Below are positions 10,773 to 21,883 of a stretch of DNA of 64,000 bases, piece after piece. Source of the DNA: Amphiscolops sp. MND2022 (Eukaryota); contig OZ076409.1 of the NCBI GenBank assembly GCA_964187785.1, positions 30,506,001 to 30,570,000 on the forward strand. Reading direction: 5' to 3'. The notes under the pieces are model-generated. The model did not search any database and was not told where the DNA came from. It saw nothing but the letters and a program-made list of their open reading frames with translations. The position numbers and the translations under genes were made by a program. How positions within the stretch are numbered: the stretch's first letter is position 1; each line of letters starts with the position of its first letter.

Positions 10773-13700
10773 ATGGCACCGCTAAAGTCTTCATATCCGA
10801 AAAAATATCCAGTGAATGCCCCCAAGGAGCAGCAATCTGAGGAAACTACTGTGACATGCGGTAAGCTTGATATTCTGTATTTTCCTGTTGAAACCAAGTT
10901 AAATTTTTGTTTATCAGCCGTCTGGAATTTTATTGTGAATTGGCCAGACTCACACTTTTTTCAATTTTTAAACGGAAATGTCAATTTCCTGTTGCTGACC
11001 TCAGCACAATGTATCGTATTTTGTTTCAGGTTCATCCCCAGCTTAACTGCACATTAGCCCACGTACTTCTACTCGCTCCAAGCGTGCAACCACTAGACGC
11101 ACAATTTTATTGGGACCCGCAGATAATCTCAGATTCACACTTGAAGAAGACAAACTCCCGCATGAGTTCACCCCTCAAGTTTTATTGAATGATAACTTCG
11201 ACGAGTATGTGGAAACCACCAGCTTATTTGCGGGAACCACACATGAACCACCGGGCCTCCCAGACGTCAGTCTAGTGCGTCATGTTACATCTTCTCCTCC
11301 TAGTAATGTGACTATAGATGGCAAACAGCCGTGTTATTCGTCAGCAGCAGCGGCTGATCTTTCGGAGTCAGCAAGTGAAAACATTTCAGAATGGTCGCCT
11401 TTCACCAGGTGCCTATTTAACCTAGCTCCCCGCACTAATTAACAACCAGGGCAAGAGGTTGAATGAGTAATTGGAGCATCCACCTCTATCGCGCATCCCA
11501 ATCAACAAACCAGTCCACAAAACACGAGAGAAGAGAGACAGGAACGGCTTCTCTCGGAAGCAGTTGATGAAGGGCGTGACAAGGAAGAGCGGCGACAGCA
11601 TAATTTGATATATACCACCAGCTCCAGAAGCCAACATACTCTCTAAAAGATGCCCCCAACTCTCAAGAAGTCTCGGGCTGATCAAGAAAAGGAATGCTCG
11701 CCCCCATAATCCTTCTCATCAAGTGATTCAGATTAGGACTTTTCTTCCTCTGAGGAACTCGTTGCCCCAAACGAGAAACCAATTAAGTGACTGAAACAAC
11801 GACGAGGTGACGAAGATGCCCCTCAGGGGAAAACTGCAAAGCCGATACATACATTTGCGGTGTGGATGTACCACAAGTGCCCAATACTCAAATACTTTGT
11901 GACAGCTCCCGCAGATGCAGTTCGTTATCCCCACAAGTATCGATATCGCGTATATTTAGTAGAACTCTCCCTGAAGACAAAAGGGCCCTTAGAAATCTTG
12001 GGATATTATATAACTGATGCCCACTTGGTAAAGCAACACCGCATCACGCTAAAACTCCTGGACTCCGGTTGTATGCTAAACAATGCAAAGAACTGACTGG
12101 AATGGCCCTCAAATACGCAAAAAAGAGCGCGCCAAGAGGGAATACCCAATCGCACCTAAGCTCGAATTGTAGTATTTACGTGTTGGACAACTGGAACGAT
12201 CTGATGGGGCAACAACGACAAGGAAGTTCTGTCACAACCTAACCTACTCAGGTTTGGTCCCGTTCAAGGAGGCCATTTGGATACAGTCATAGCGCTCTGC
12301 AAAACAAGAAACAAGAAACCCAAACCACTGAACCAATCTTCCAATACGACTGGCGGCCTCACCGATTTCTTGTAAGTGTAAGATTCTCCCCCGCTCTTGT
12401 TTGAACATTTTATGATGTTCAATTCTTCTTTTGGTTTCAGTGTATGTTGACACACATGTTTCGTGAATTGGACAAATGTGTGCTGCTCCTGCTCGTATCT
12501 GTATTCACACCACATTTCGTGTGGTCTGTATCACGTGTTTTCCCACAGCAGAAAAGGATTTGTGCCACTCCTAAATTCGCCGCTGATGATCTCGAGAGAG
12601 CCCTCCTTGTACTTTCAGTCCAGATCCTTGACCGTTTCGACTTTTTCAGTGTCTTGGACTTCCTCATGATGAGTGGAAGCCCATGGCTCGCGAGGCTGCC
12701 AGAATTCCAAAAGGTACCATCTTTTTAATTTCTTTATTTTGTTTAGTTAACAACTTACGAGTATGTTTGTCCAGTAGAGTCGTTCTCTTGAAGAATCACT
12801 ACTTTGAGGGGAAATCCAGCTGATTTTGCGCTGGTCTAGCAATTCTTGATTTTTTGAGAAATAACACTTCTTTGTGCTAAGTTCGATTTCGTATCTTTTG
12901 AGTTTTGTTATGTCGGTTTTTTTCTTCTCCGGAGATTTCTTGTGGCATACTGCACTGTTATTGCTCTCTTTTCCTTATTTTCGAGTACAAGACGTTCATT
13001 ATGCGTCACAAGGTTTTCAGCATAATGCGGCAAAACTGACTCTTTTGGTTCTTTCTTTTTTGTTTGAATTCTGCAATGACTCATCCTAACGCAACGTAAG
13101 AAGATACCATATTAGTTATACTGCAATAGCATTAAGTTTTGATCGGATTTCGCACGTGCTCAAATCGTTATCATCTTTGTTTCTCATCACATTCAATATT
13201 CAACACGTGACTTTTGAAGATCTATTCAGTTGTAACAGCTAAATATTTGTGTTTGTTTTAGATGGTTACCAACTTTGATTACGACCTAGAGCAAGCTGTG
13301 GCAATACTGGACCATCTGATTTCGAATTGAGATCAAGTTGTGGCTCGTTTGCAAGACAGTATACGTGTCTCGACGTATCGATTCCACAAGCAAGAGGTTT
13401 GTATTCGTAGTTTCTTTTCATTTTCTGTTTTGCTTCCATGTAGTTCATCTGTGTCTTTTGTCCAATATACTGGTATGGAACTCCTTCTGATAGTTCTAAT
13501 TTTTGTCTTACTGGTCTGACGTTTCTCTTTGTTTACAGCCTTCTGGAATGGACGACTTGATTATCGAGGACAGCGTTCTCGTCGCACGCCTCTTCACTCT
13601 TCATTACGCGCAACATCCTCAGCCAGTGTTAGTATTTGTTTTCGTAGTTGTGTTGTTCTGCTTTTTGTACTTGTCCAGTTGTCGTATGGATGGCAACTCA

Positions 13701-14995
13701 AACTTTAGATCACTTCAAGTAGTTATCTTTGCTCATCAAGCTAGCAACTTCTTTATATAAATTGTGTAGTTTTCCATATTTTCTTTTCTGTTTCAGATAA
13801 TTCAATGTTCAAGGAGGTGCGTAACGCAGCCGCCGGCGGTTTTCGACTATTTAACCAGTATTGCGTATTCTTTTTTTCTCAGTTGCAAATCATTTTCCCT
13901 TCCGCCCACTTGGACAACATTGCTATTTGGAACAGATATCTCAACTTTGACATGGATGATAGGGCTTTTCCTTAAAAGACTGTAGATAACTTTCTACAAG
14001 ACGGGACTTTTCTGAACTAATGAGTAGAAGCGAGATCTCTACGCCCAAGCGTTTTGTCAGTCAAGCTATCATCTGCTTCTACAGACACTTCATAAAGATT
14101 CTTCTAACGGACGAACTGGCAATTTTTTCTTTTGCTCGGGGATTGTCTTCATTCGACGCAGCTGTGATAAAAGATGGCAATGGAATCCATTACACTGATT
14201 CTATTCAGTTGTTGTGTGGATACTTCGTCCAGCAGAAGTGGATCGCTCCTCACATTATCGTGACTGATTACTGTTCTCTGGTCACCGAGTTCCGTTCCGA
14301 CAAGGTCAACAGTGGCAGGAAAGAGTGGATGACTTTCTTCTCCCGCTACTACGAACTACAAAGCCGAATCCCAGTGTTCCGACTCTTTCGCTTTTGTTGC
14401 CAGATTCTCTGAAGCCCCTGTAATGCTCCTCCAATGTTCATTAATTCCTTACCCAGAATCAAATCTGACATGGCTGATTTACCTCTGCCATCAGGAGCCT
14501 TCAATTTACTCTTGCTTCAGCCCATAAAGTTTGTTTATGGCGAACCACACTCTGCCCCGAATGTTATAATTGATCTATTAGACTAGGGTCCTGGATTGCT
14601 CCACAAGCGGAAATTTTCTGTTCGGCATTTATTTTTGTCTACTTATTTCCAGAAAATTTGAATTCGGTATTCTCTGGAAACTTACTGTGGAAAAGTGCTT
14701 CGGTCGCCAAAAAGATTTGGCTGTCGAGTGAGGATAGGGCCAATCTGTCTCCAAGCACGAGTTCGAGCGTGGCTAGCACCCCTAGTAAGTCTTCCTTGTG
14801 AAGCCGCCATCTACAGAAGCTAGCACTGTGGTTCGTCGCTTGTTTGACGTTCCAATGTTTCCTGTTCCAGACGCCCCCACTTCAAGTGGTAAAAAGATAA
14901 GAAGAAAAAGAAGACCTCGTCTTCCGTTAAAGACAATTACTTTCTTGGTCAGTGAACTATATTTTGTCCTAATGACAAATGCTTTCTTTTGTTAG
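10773..14995 (+). pseudogene. Element A antisense, multi-exon accessory gene (zinc finger plus hAT-transposase-like helical domain), decayed
   Basis: ATG at 10773. Intron-like GTAAGC..TTTATCAG (10861-10917) and GTAAGT..TTTCAG (12372-12440). Peptides in ORFs 11860, 12444 and 14020 align by eye with element B's minus-strand ORFs. Confidence 0.75.
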
Positions 14996-15086
14996 TATTA
15001 TCTTTTATTTACTTGGTATAATAACTGTTCTAATTGAGAATCTGCGGGAAAAGACAGCGAGTTCAGTCTTGGAAGTCTTATGTTTT

Positions 15087-18000
15087 TAATATCTGTATGA
15101 AACTGAGATACTAGGGTTTGGGTTAGGTCGTAAATTGTATTTTTCACCACGTGTATTTGTGGGTAGTTTTACTTTTCGAACCTCAACAACATCCTCTGAT
15201 AATTTTGTTACTTGATTTTCATCTGCATATTCTGGGAAATTTTCTGCATCCATATAGGCGGTAGTTTGTAAATCTTGTTGATCTTCTTTTATGTCAACTT
15301 CATTATCTTCACTGTTTATTGGTGTTTCCTTACTAGGCGCGGTAGTTTGTTCTACTGTGGTCCCCGTTTTTTGAATTTCGAGGCAGGCTAGGTGGTTTAT
15401 CGGAAGTTATTTTTGTACATCATCTTGTTCATGATCGGGGGGTTCTATCTCAAATGGGTTTGTACCAAAGTTTGTATCCCATATGTGCGCATACAGTTCG
15501 TCATGTGTCACCGTTATGTTATCGTTTTTTGCCTGTCTGTTTCTCTGACAATTTTATCTGCTCGCGGTGTAACTTTCCGTAAACGTATTTTGTGTGATAA
15601 TTGTGATTTGTTGGTCCCCAGTCTGCGTAGAATGTAATTATTTTTAGGCAAATTACTTTTTCAACATTGTAAGGCCAACCCATCTAAATTGTCGAAAGGG
15701 AATTTTGTTGATTGTGTGTCAGCTTTCGGGTTCAGTATATAGCAAAAAAAATGTTATTGACGGAGATGCTTTGGCTTTGCGGTCAAAACACGCTTTCTCT
15801 TAGAAGTATGACTGCACGATTTTCTTTATAGATTGATCATTCAAACGCGTCATTCTGCCTTGTACTTCCTCTGCAATGTCAGCTTCTTCTCGTATAACTT
15901 GTGAATTAAATTGAGTGCCCATGTCGGTTACTATTTTTGTTGGCAAATAGGAATGTTTGCACAGTATGTCCATGATAACCCTTGCAACTGCAGGGGCTGT
16001 TGATTCGGGTTATTGGATATGCAAATAAATATCTTGAAAAGATATCAATTGCTGTTTTTATGTTGTACAAACCTCCACTAGGTGGGCGATTTGGTAATGT
16101 TGTCCATTTGAAGTATATCGTGTGGACCAAGATCCCATTCAGGGCAATTGAGAGGTTTTAAGTATGTCGTATACACATTTGGCAATTTTGTACCCAACTT
16201 TTGATGTACTTTGCTAGGCATTGGTAATAACGTTTTTGTCGAGCTTCTTGGATCATCTTCGTTCTTCTTGGATGGTTTGCATTGTGTCCAAGTAATGCAG
16301 TTGGGAATTCATCTAGGAGTTGTTTTGAGAGTAGAAATTGATAATGGGAAAGTTGCCCATTATCATTGTAATATTTTCGTGCTAGTTTGTCTTGTAGAAT
16401 TTCAAGACGTGGCATATTTTGTAGATAGCGTTGATATCTGTTGCCTTCATGGAACGCTGATTCATCAAACGGTTTTCCTTCAATCTTGGCTTTCAGGTTT
16501 CGAAGGACTGGATCGTTGTTCTGTTCTAGTCGGATTTTTGCATTGTTACGGTGTCCTTCTCGGTAGTTTACTGTGCCCGCTGAGAGTATGAGGAAATATA
16601 GTTCCGTGACTTCATTTTCAAGAAGTTCATTGTGCGTTTCGGTCTGTGCTTGGTGACGAACAGCATCTTTTTCATCCCAATGGGTTTTTTCGTCAGTTTC
16701 GTCGCCGGGAGGAGGGAAATTTGTTCCTCATCCGTTATGCCTGAGGACTGTATAATAACCTCGATAGCTTTTGTTTGTTATATCACTTCTGAGGTTTAAT
16801 TCAAGTTTTACTGTTGGATTGATTTCTGTGCGTGATAAGAAATCAGCCGCTGTATTCATTGCTCCTGTAACACATGCTATGATGGTTATACAGTAATACG
16901 TAATCACACGCATTTCATAGTGCGGGCGGTATAAGTTTGGTCAGAAACAATCTCGTAACTGCTCGGTTGTCAGTGAAAACAATCACTGGAAAGGTTATAG
17001 CCCATATTAAGTGTCCAAATTCAGAAAAGACGAAAAAAATGGCTAAAAACTCTTTCGCGTAAATAAAAAATTTCAAATGTGTGGGGTTAAAAGTTTTTGA
17101 ACCAAAGTCTATTGTTGCACACGTCTTCCGTTTTGATTGTAGTTTCTGTTGAGGATCATCTTCGATCATGATTGCGTATCCTGCTGCCGTAAAAATTGCG
17201 CCACACATGAGGAATCATTTCTTGTCTTCGATTGGCTGTTTCAGTGCCATCTGGAACAACTGTAAAAGCAGTTTGTTGAGTTGTTCAAAATTTGCTGTGA
17301 GTTCATAAGAGATGTTGAATTTGTTGGTTCCTTTCAGTAGGTTGAGAAAGTTGTGAGTCCTACTGAGAGTCGTGGTTTAGAATTTTTAAAGTATTTCAGG
17401 AATCCGATGTATCTTCGGAGTTCTTTTTGGATTTTTGGAGTTTTTCTAAGGCCTTTTTCACTTTTTCAACTTGAGGAGACACTTCGTCGGGGGTTATCGT
17501 TCTGTCGAGGAACTCTACTTGTCAAAAAGACATTTTGACATATACAACTTTAGTCCTGCTTTTCTTATGCATTCAAAGACTGCTCGGATGTTGACGCACA
17601 ATTGTGTGACAGTTTCCGCTGCAATTCCGATGTCTTCGACATGTTAAGCACAATGGTCAGTTTTTATCAATGTGTCTGAATAATCCCTCATGAAACTTGA
17701 AAATGCTGATATTGATCGGTTTAGGTCTTGTGCTTTTCGTCGGTAGGCAAAAGTTCGACTAGCGAAATTAAAGGCCAGCAATTGGATTGATTGGTAGTCT
17801 GCCATTTGTAGGCAGTGATACGCTTGTGAGCAATCAAGCTTACAAAAAAGTTTCTTCCCTGCCATATGTTTAGCAGCGTCAGATAGTGTACTTTCCGGGT
17901 GGTTGTTGTTGACGTAATCTTCGGTTATTAAATTGTTGATTTTCCGTAAAATCTTAGATCTACTAACAGTCGCAATCTACCATTAGGTTTTCTTTGTGCA

Positions 18001-19565
18001 AAGATCGGACTCGCGTATTTCGAAAATGGTAAAGTGCTTATTACACCATACTTGTTAAGTAGGGCAACTTCAACAGTAAAATTTTCTTTGAGATTTATGG
18101 GGATTGGGAGACTTTGGCCGTATGCTGGTCGATCGTCGTTCGGTGTGAGGTTTACTTTAACCTCTTCATTTGTCCCAAGGTCAAACCTGTGTCTTGCAAA
18201 AATATCATGAATTTCTTTGACACTTTTTCCGACTTTTTGTTGTAGTATCACCTCAATCGGAATGATCAAGAAATTGTTTTCGCGTTTGCTCGTCATCATG
18301 TGGGTTGGGTTCTTCTTGTGCTTGTAGTTCCAATAATTCTTAGGAGATTCGTTTTTGTTTTGGTGTATAAATTGTCGGATCACCTGGTTGCTCCGCTTTG
18401 TCATTTTTGTTATTCGCTTTGAGAAGTTCGTTCAACTGTACATCTGTAACTTCAGTATAATGATGCATGATGAACGTTAGTGTTGACGGGCTAACAGGTA
18501 TCATGATCTTGAGTTGTTCGGGTTAGAATCCGAAAATCAGCTAAATGAGTATCAGTTGTTATCGAGTATGGTAGTTCTGAGAAATTGTAGATTTGGTATC
18601 CTACTGCGTTATTATTGACTCTGCTGAGTGAGGAAACCAAGAAACGTGTATCATGTACTTCGAGTTGTGCAGAGGGCGTTACAATGCCTGTTGCATCATG
18701 ACCAATTAGGTGTGGCATTCTGCTTGCAATGAGTAACGTTTCACCTGAATGTAGTGTGTATGTTGCTTCTGCAAGTAAAAAAGTTGTTGGTCGTGTTTGA
18801 ATATTATGTTCGGGTTTCATTTGCTTTGACAAGATGGGGAAATTAGGGAGATTTAGGACTTTCATCAAGATGAAGATTTCTTTGAACAGGAAATCTGTCA
18901 CTTCCAAGGTGAGGCAGACTGTTCCAATCGGTGTTTCTAACTGTGCATTAGTTACCATTATTTGAAAGTTTGGAGCTGGACTTGTGTCAGAGATAGCTTC
19001 TTTTGCTAATAATTTGATTTTGTTAAGATCTTGTTCTGATATGGCGCTGGCGAGAGCTCCAGTATCAACTGAGCCGTCAAGTGTAAGTTTTTCAAAATTC
19101 ATTGGAAATTTATATATATGACGCTTACATTTTGAAGTGAGGCTCGTTGATTGTAGAAGGACAGATGTCTCCGTTTTTTTATTGATTGTAAGATTTTGTA
19201 TTTCATCATCTATGGGGAGTAGTTTTTGTGTTGATGCAGGTTCGTCTGGTATTCCGGGTGTGTTTTGTGATTGTGGATGTTAGATGTTGGTTTTTGAAAG
19301 AGCTTATGATAAGTTTTGTAGTGATTGTTTCAGTTCATTTTCATACAGAAAACTGAGGTTTTCTTCTTGAGGTGTATTGTCGGGACTTTCTGTTGTGTAT
19401 TTTCAGGTGCGTTTTTGTATAATCCTCTGACTCATTGTGTTGGATGTCGTGGGTCTGTAAGTCGATATGTTGTGTGAATGTCTCAAGTTTTGTAGGTTGA
19501 AGGGTTGGATGTTGCCAGTCATCCTTCTCCTTGGGTTTTGTGAGGCGTGGCTGAATTAGTTTAAA
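15087..19565 (-). pseudogene. pol: Element A pol (protease, RT, RNase H, integrase), multiply disrupted
   Basis: VDTGALASAISE (PR); SPIFAQRKPNGRLRLLVDLR, KLDCSQAYHCLQMAD and LAFNFASRTFAYRR (RT); IYAKEFLAI, VFTDNRAV and NTAADFLSR (RH); HNANHP..CQMC and DIFSRYLFAYP (IN); C-terminal YNLRPNPNP. Confidence 0.92.
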
Positions 19566-21545
19566 TCCTTCGATGATGAATGTTGAGATCTGGGTGCTTT
19601 TGGATTTGTAAGTTTTTTGGAATTTTTTCAACTTTCAAGGAGTTTTTTCTGTGTTTCAGTGAGTGTCCACTTGGGAGGCCAACTTCCATGTTTGCTCCGA
19701 AGTAGCATGTTGGTTCTTCGTGTCCTGGTGCGTTACAATGCGTAAATCGGGCGGCATTCGTGTCTTCGTCCATCTTGCGGCGTTTGGCCTATTCCAGGCA
19801 ATCGCTCGCTTTGTGCCCCGCATCCCCGTGTATTAATGGGCACTGTTTTTGGTGTATGTTGTTCTTTTTTAGGTGTTGAATTTTTTGGCTGAGTTGTTTT
19901 GTCTTCCGGTTTTTTGGTTATTGTCATTTGCGTTTCGACTCGAGTTTCCTCGAATTCGAGTCCGTTTAATTCCATCTCTCGTTCGAGATGTCGGTTTTTT
20001 TTCAAAAATTCCGTTTTCCAGGTAGGCTTGATGTATAGATCATCTCAAATGTGGAGGCGCTTTTGCGTTCAAAAGACTCTCTATCTTTCGTGATGCTATG
20101 TCACCAGAAGCGTTTTCTGCGCTTTCTTGTGATTCTTCAAGGAAATCCGGTAGTTTTGTTGTTCCGGGTCGAACACCAAGCCATGTACTCTATGTTTCGC
20201 TACTTTCGGGCTCGACATATTTCCAACGGAACACTACCAAAATGACTTCGAGGGTAGTTGCCGGCGTTCGTTGGATGTTTTTAAAGGTTTTCAAAGCCAA
20301 ACCTCTCAGATAAGCATAAAAATGTTTGATTTTCATTTCCTTTGTTCGATTGGGTTGCATTTCAAGTGTTGTATGAAAAAGATCTTCAAAATTTTCAAAT
20401 TTTTCAATCTTTTCCATTTTCCCGTTAAGTGTGAGTGTGTTTTTAGGGTGGGGGTTACGATTTGCAAGTTTCTCAATAGCTAACGCTATTTGGTTAGCTA
20501 GGTCTTGAGGTGGATTTATTGGTTCAGTCATTAGATATGTTTTTTGTGAAACTCTTGAGTTGTTTGAGTCTTGACGGTGAAATGGTTTGCTAGCTCCTGT
20601 CACCACTGTGAAACTGAAAGTTCAAAGACACAATTTTGTTCGAAAATTCTGAGATCAAATTACAAAAACTTAGAAGCTACGCATTTTGCTACTGATTTAG
20701 CATCTAAGTTACACTCAATATTCGACAGCTTTGAAAACATTTTTTCTTCGAATGTTCAACCCTACGAATTTTTTTCAATAATAGTTATCTCAAACTATTT
20801 TGAAGAAGCAAAAAGATTTTGAGAAGAACTTATCAAAAAAAAAGTTGAACGCATATTATCAAAAATTCGGCGATAGCAAAACTAATATTGAAATCTGAAT
20901 TTTTGAACTTCTTTTCCTCCCTTCATAATAGGTTATCATCCACTGTAAAGACTTTGAAAAAGTTTTGAAGTGTTATTTGCGTTGTGATAGTCCTCCTCTG
21001 CGCGGTTTTTAATTTAAATGTATCATCTAAGTCGACATTTTGGATGGAAATCGGTTGAATTTGAGTTCTCAGTTCATTTGTTTCTGATGGCCTAAAAGGA
21101 TTATCCTGCAATCTGTTTTCTTGATTTTTGGTATCAGATGCGTTTATATCACCGTCTTCGCTGTTTATGTAATAGGGCGTTTCTATTCTCGATGTGGTTT
21201 GTCCATTATCTTTTCTACTAGGAAATGATTGTGTTTTTCTGCTGTCTTTTACTTCTCTCATGATTCTTTCTAACTTCTCATTCATCTCTTTCCTTAGTTC
21301 TGCCATTTTTTGTTTGTGTTATCTGGTACTTTTTGTGTCCACACTTGCTTTTCATTTTCATTGTGTGTAGGATCAAGTAAAACAGCTTCTCTGCCCTCAA
21401 CTGAACTACATTTATCAAAGTTACTGAGCATTTCAATCATAGTCCTAAAACCTTGCGATGCCTCTGCTTCTGGAGCGCTTACGTCTCTCTCAAGTGAGGG
21501 TGATTGTCCCCGTCTTGATCTTCTATTTCTTTTGTTACCTATCTC
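19556..21545 (-). pseudogene. gag: Element A gag (N-terminal part inside the LTR, split by a 376-bp segment)
   Basis: LTR-borne GNKRNRRSRRGQSP..MAELRKEMNEKLER..EEDYH; internal VTGASKP..FENFEDLFHTTLEMQP; CNAPGHEEPTCYFGAN knuckle remnant; ends at TTTAAAC-TAA. Confidence 0.8.
20594..20605 (-). promoter_or_regulatory. Primer binding site of element A (TGGTGACAGGAG, tRNA-Leu-like)
   Basis: Lies 1 nt after ...TTTCACA and begins with TGG. Resembles the tRNA-Leu PBS TGGTGTCAGGAG. Confidence 0.65.
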
Positions 21546-21880
21546 AGCTAGGTTGAAAGAATGTTTGTTGGAGAGAAGAATTTCAATTAGGTCGAAAGAT
21601 GAAATGAAAAAGAGTTGAAAACAAAGTTGGGGAAGTTGTACATATCAAATCACTAAGAATAAATTGAGATTGTGATGTGAATAAACTGCGAAATGTTATT
21701 CTCGAAGAGATAAGGAAAATAGGTCTGATCGGTTTAGTATTTTTTTGAGGAATTAAGTTTTATGGGGTTGTCTGACTCTCTGCAAATTATCGGGGTCTTT
21801 TTTGGGAACATGACATTCATTTTTCAGAGAATCATTTTTACATCATAATTACGTGGCTTCTAAAAAACGCCCTCTTTTAT
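20607..21880 (-). repeat. 5' LTR of element A (truncated at ~21880)
   Basis: Similarity to 6760-8055 stops at ~21880, where element C pol begins abruptly. Confidence 0.8.
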
Positions 21881-21883
21881 ATA

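Larger units (their letters stand above)
6760..21880 (-). mobile_element. Gypsy LTR retrotransposon A (degenerate, 5' LTR truncated) with accessory cassette
   Basis: Direct repeats at ~6760-8055 and 20607-21880 flank minus-strand gag, PR, RT, RH and IN remnants in Gypsy order. PBS-like TGGTGACAGGAG at 20605. Confidence 0.9.

Noticed and set aside
15108..15130. Telomere-like TAGGGTTTGGGTTAGG
   Set aside because: It is the reverse complement of the integrase C-terminal codons for RPNPNP.
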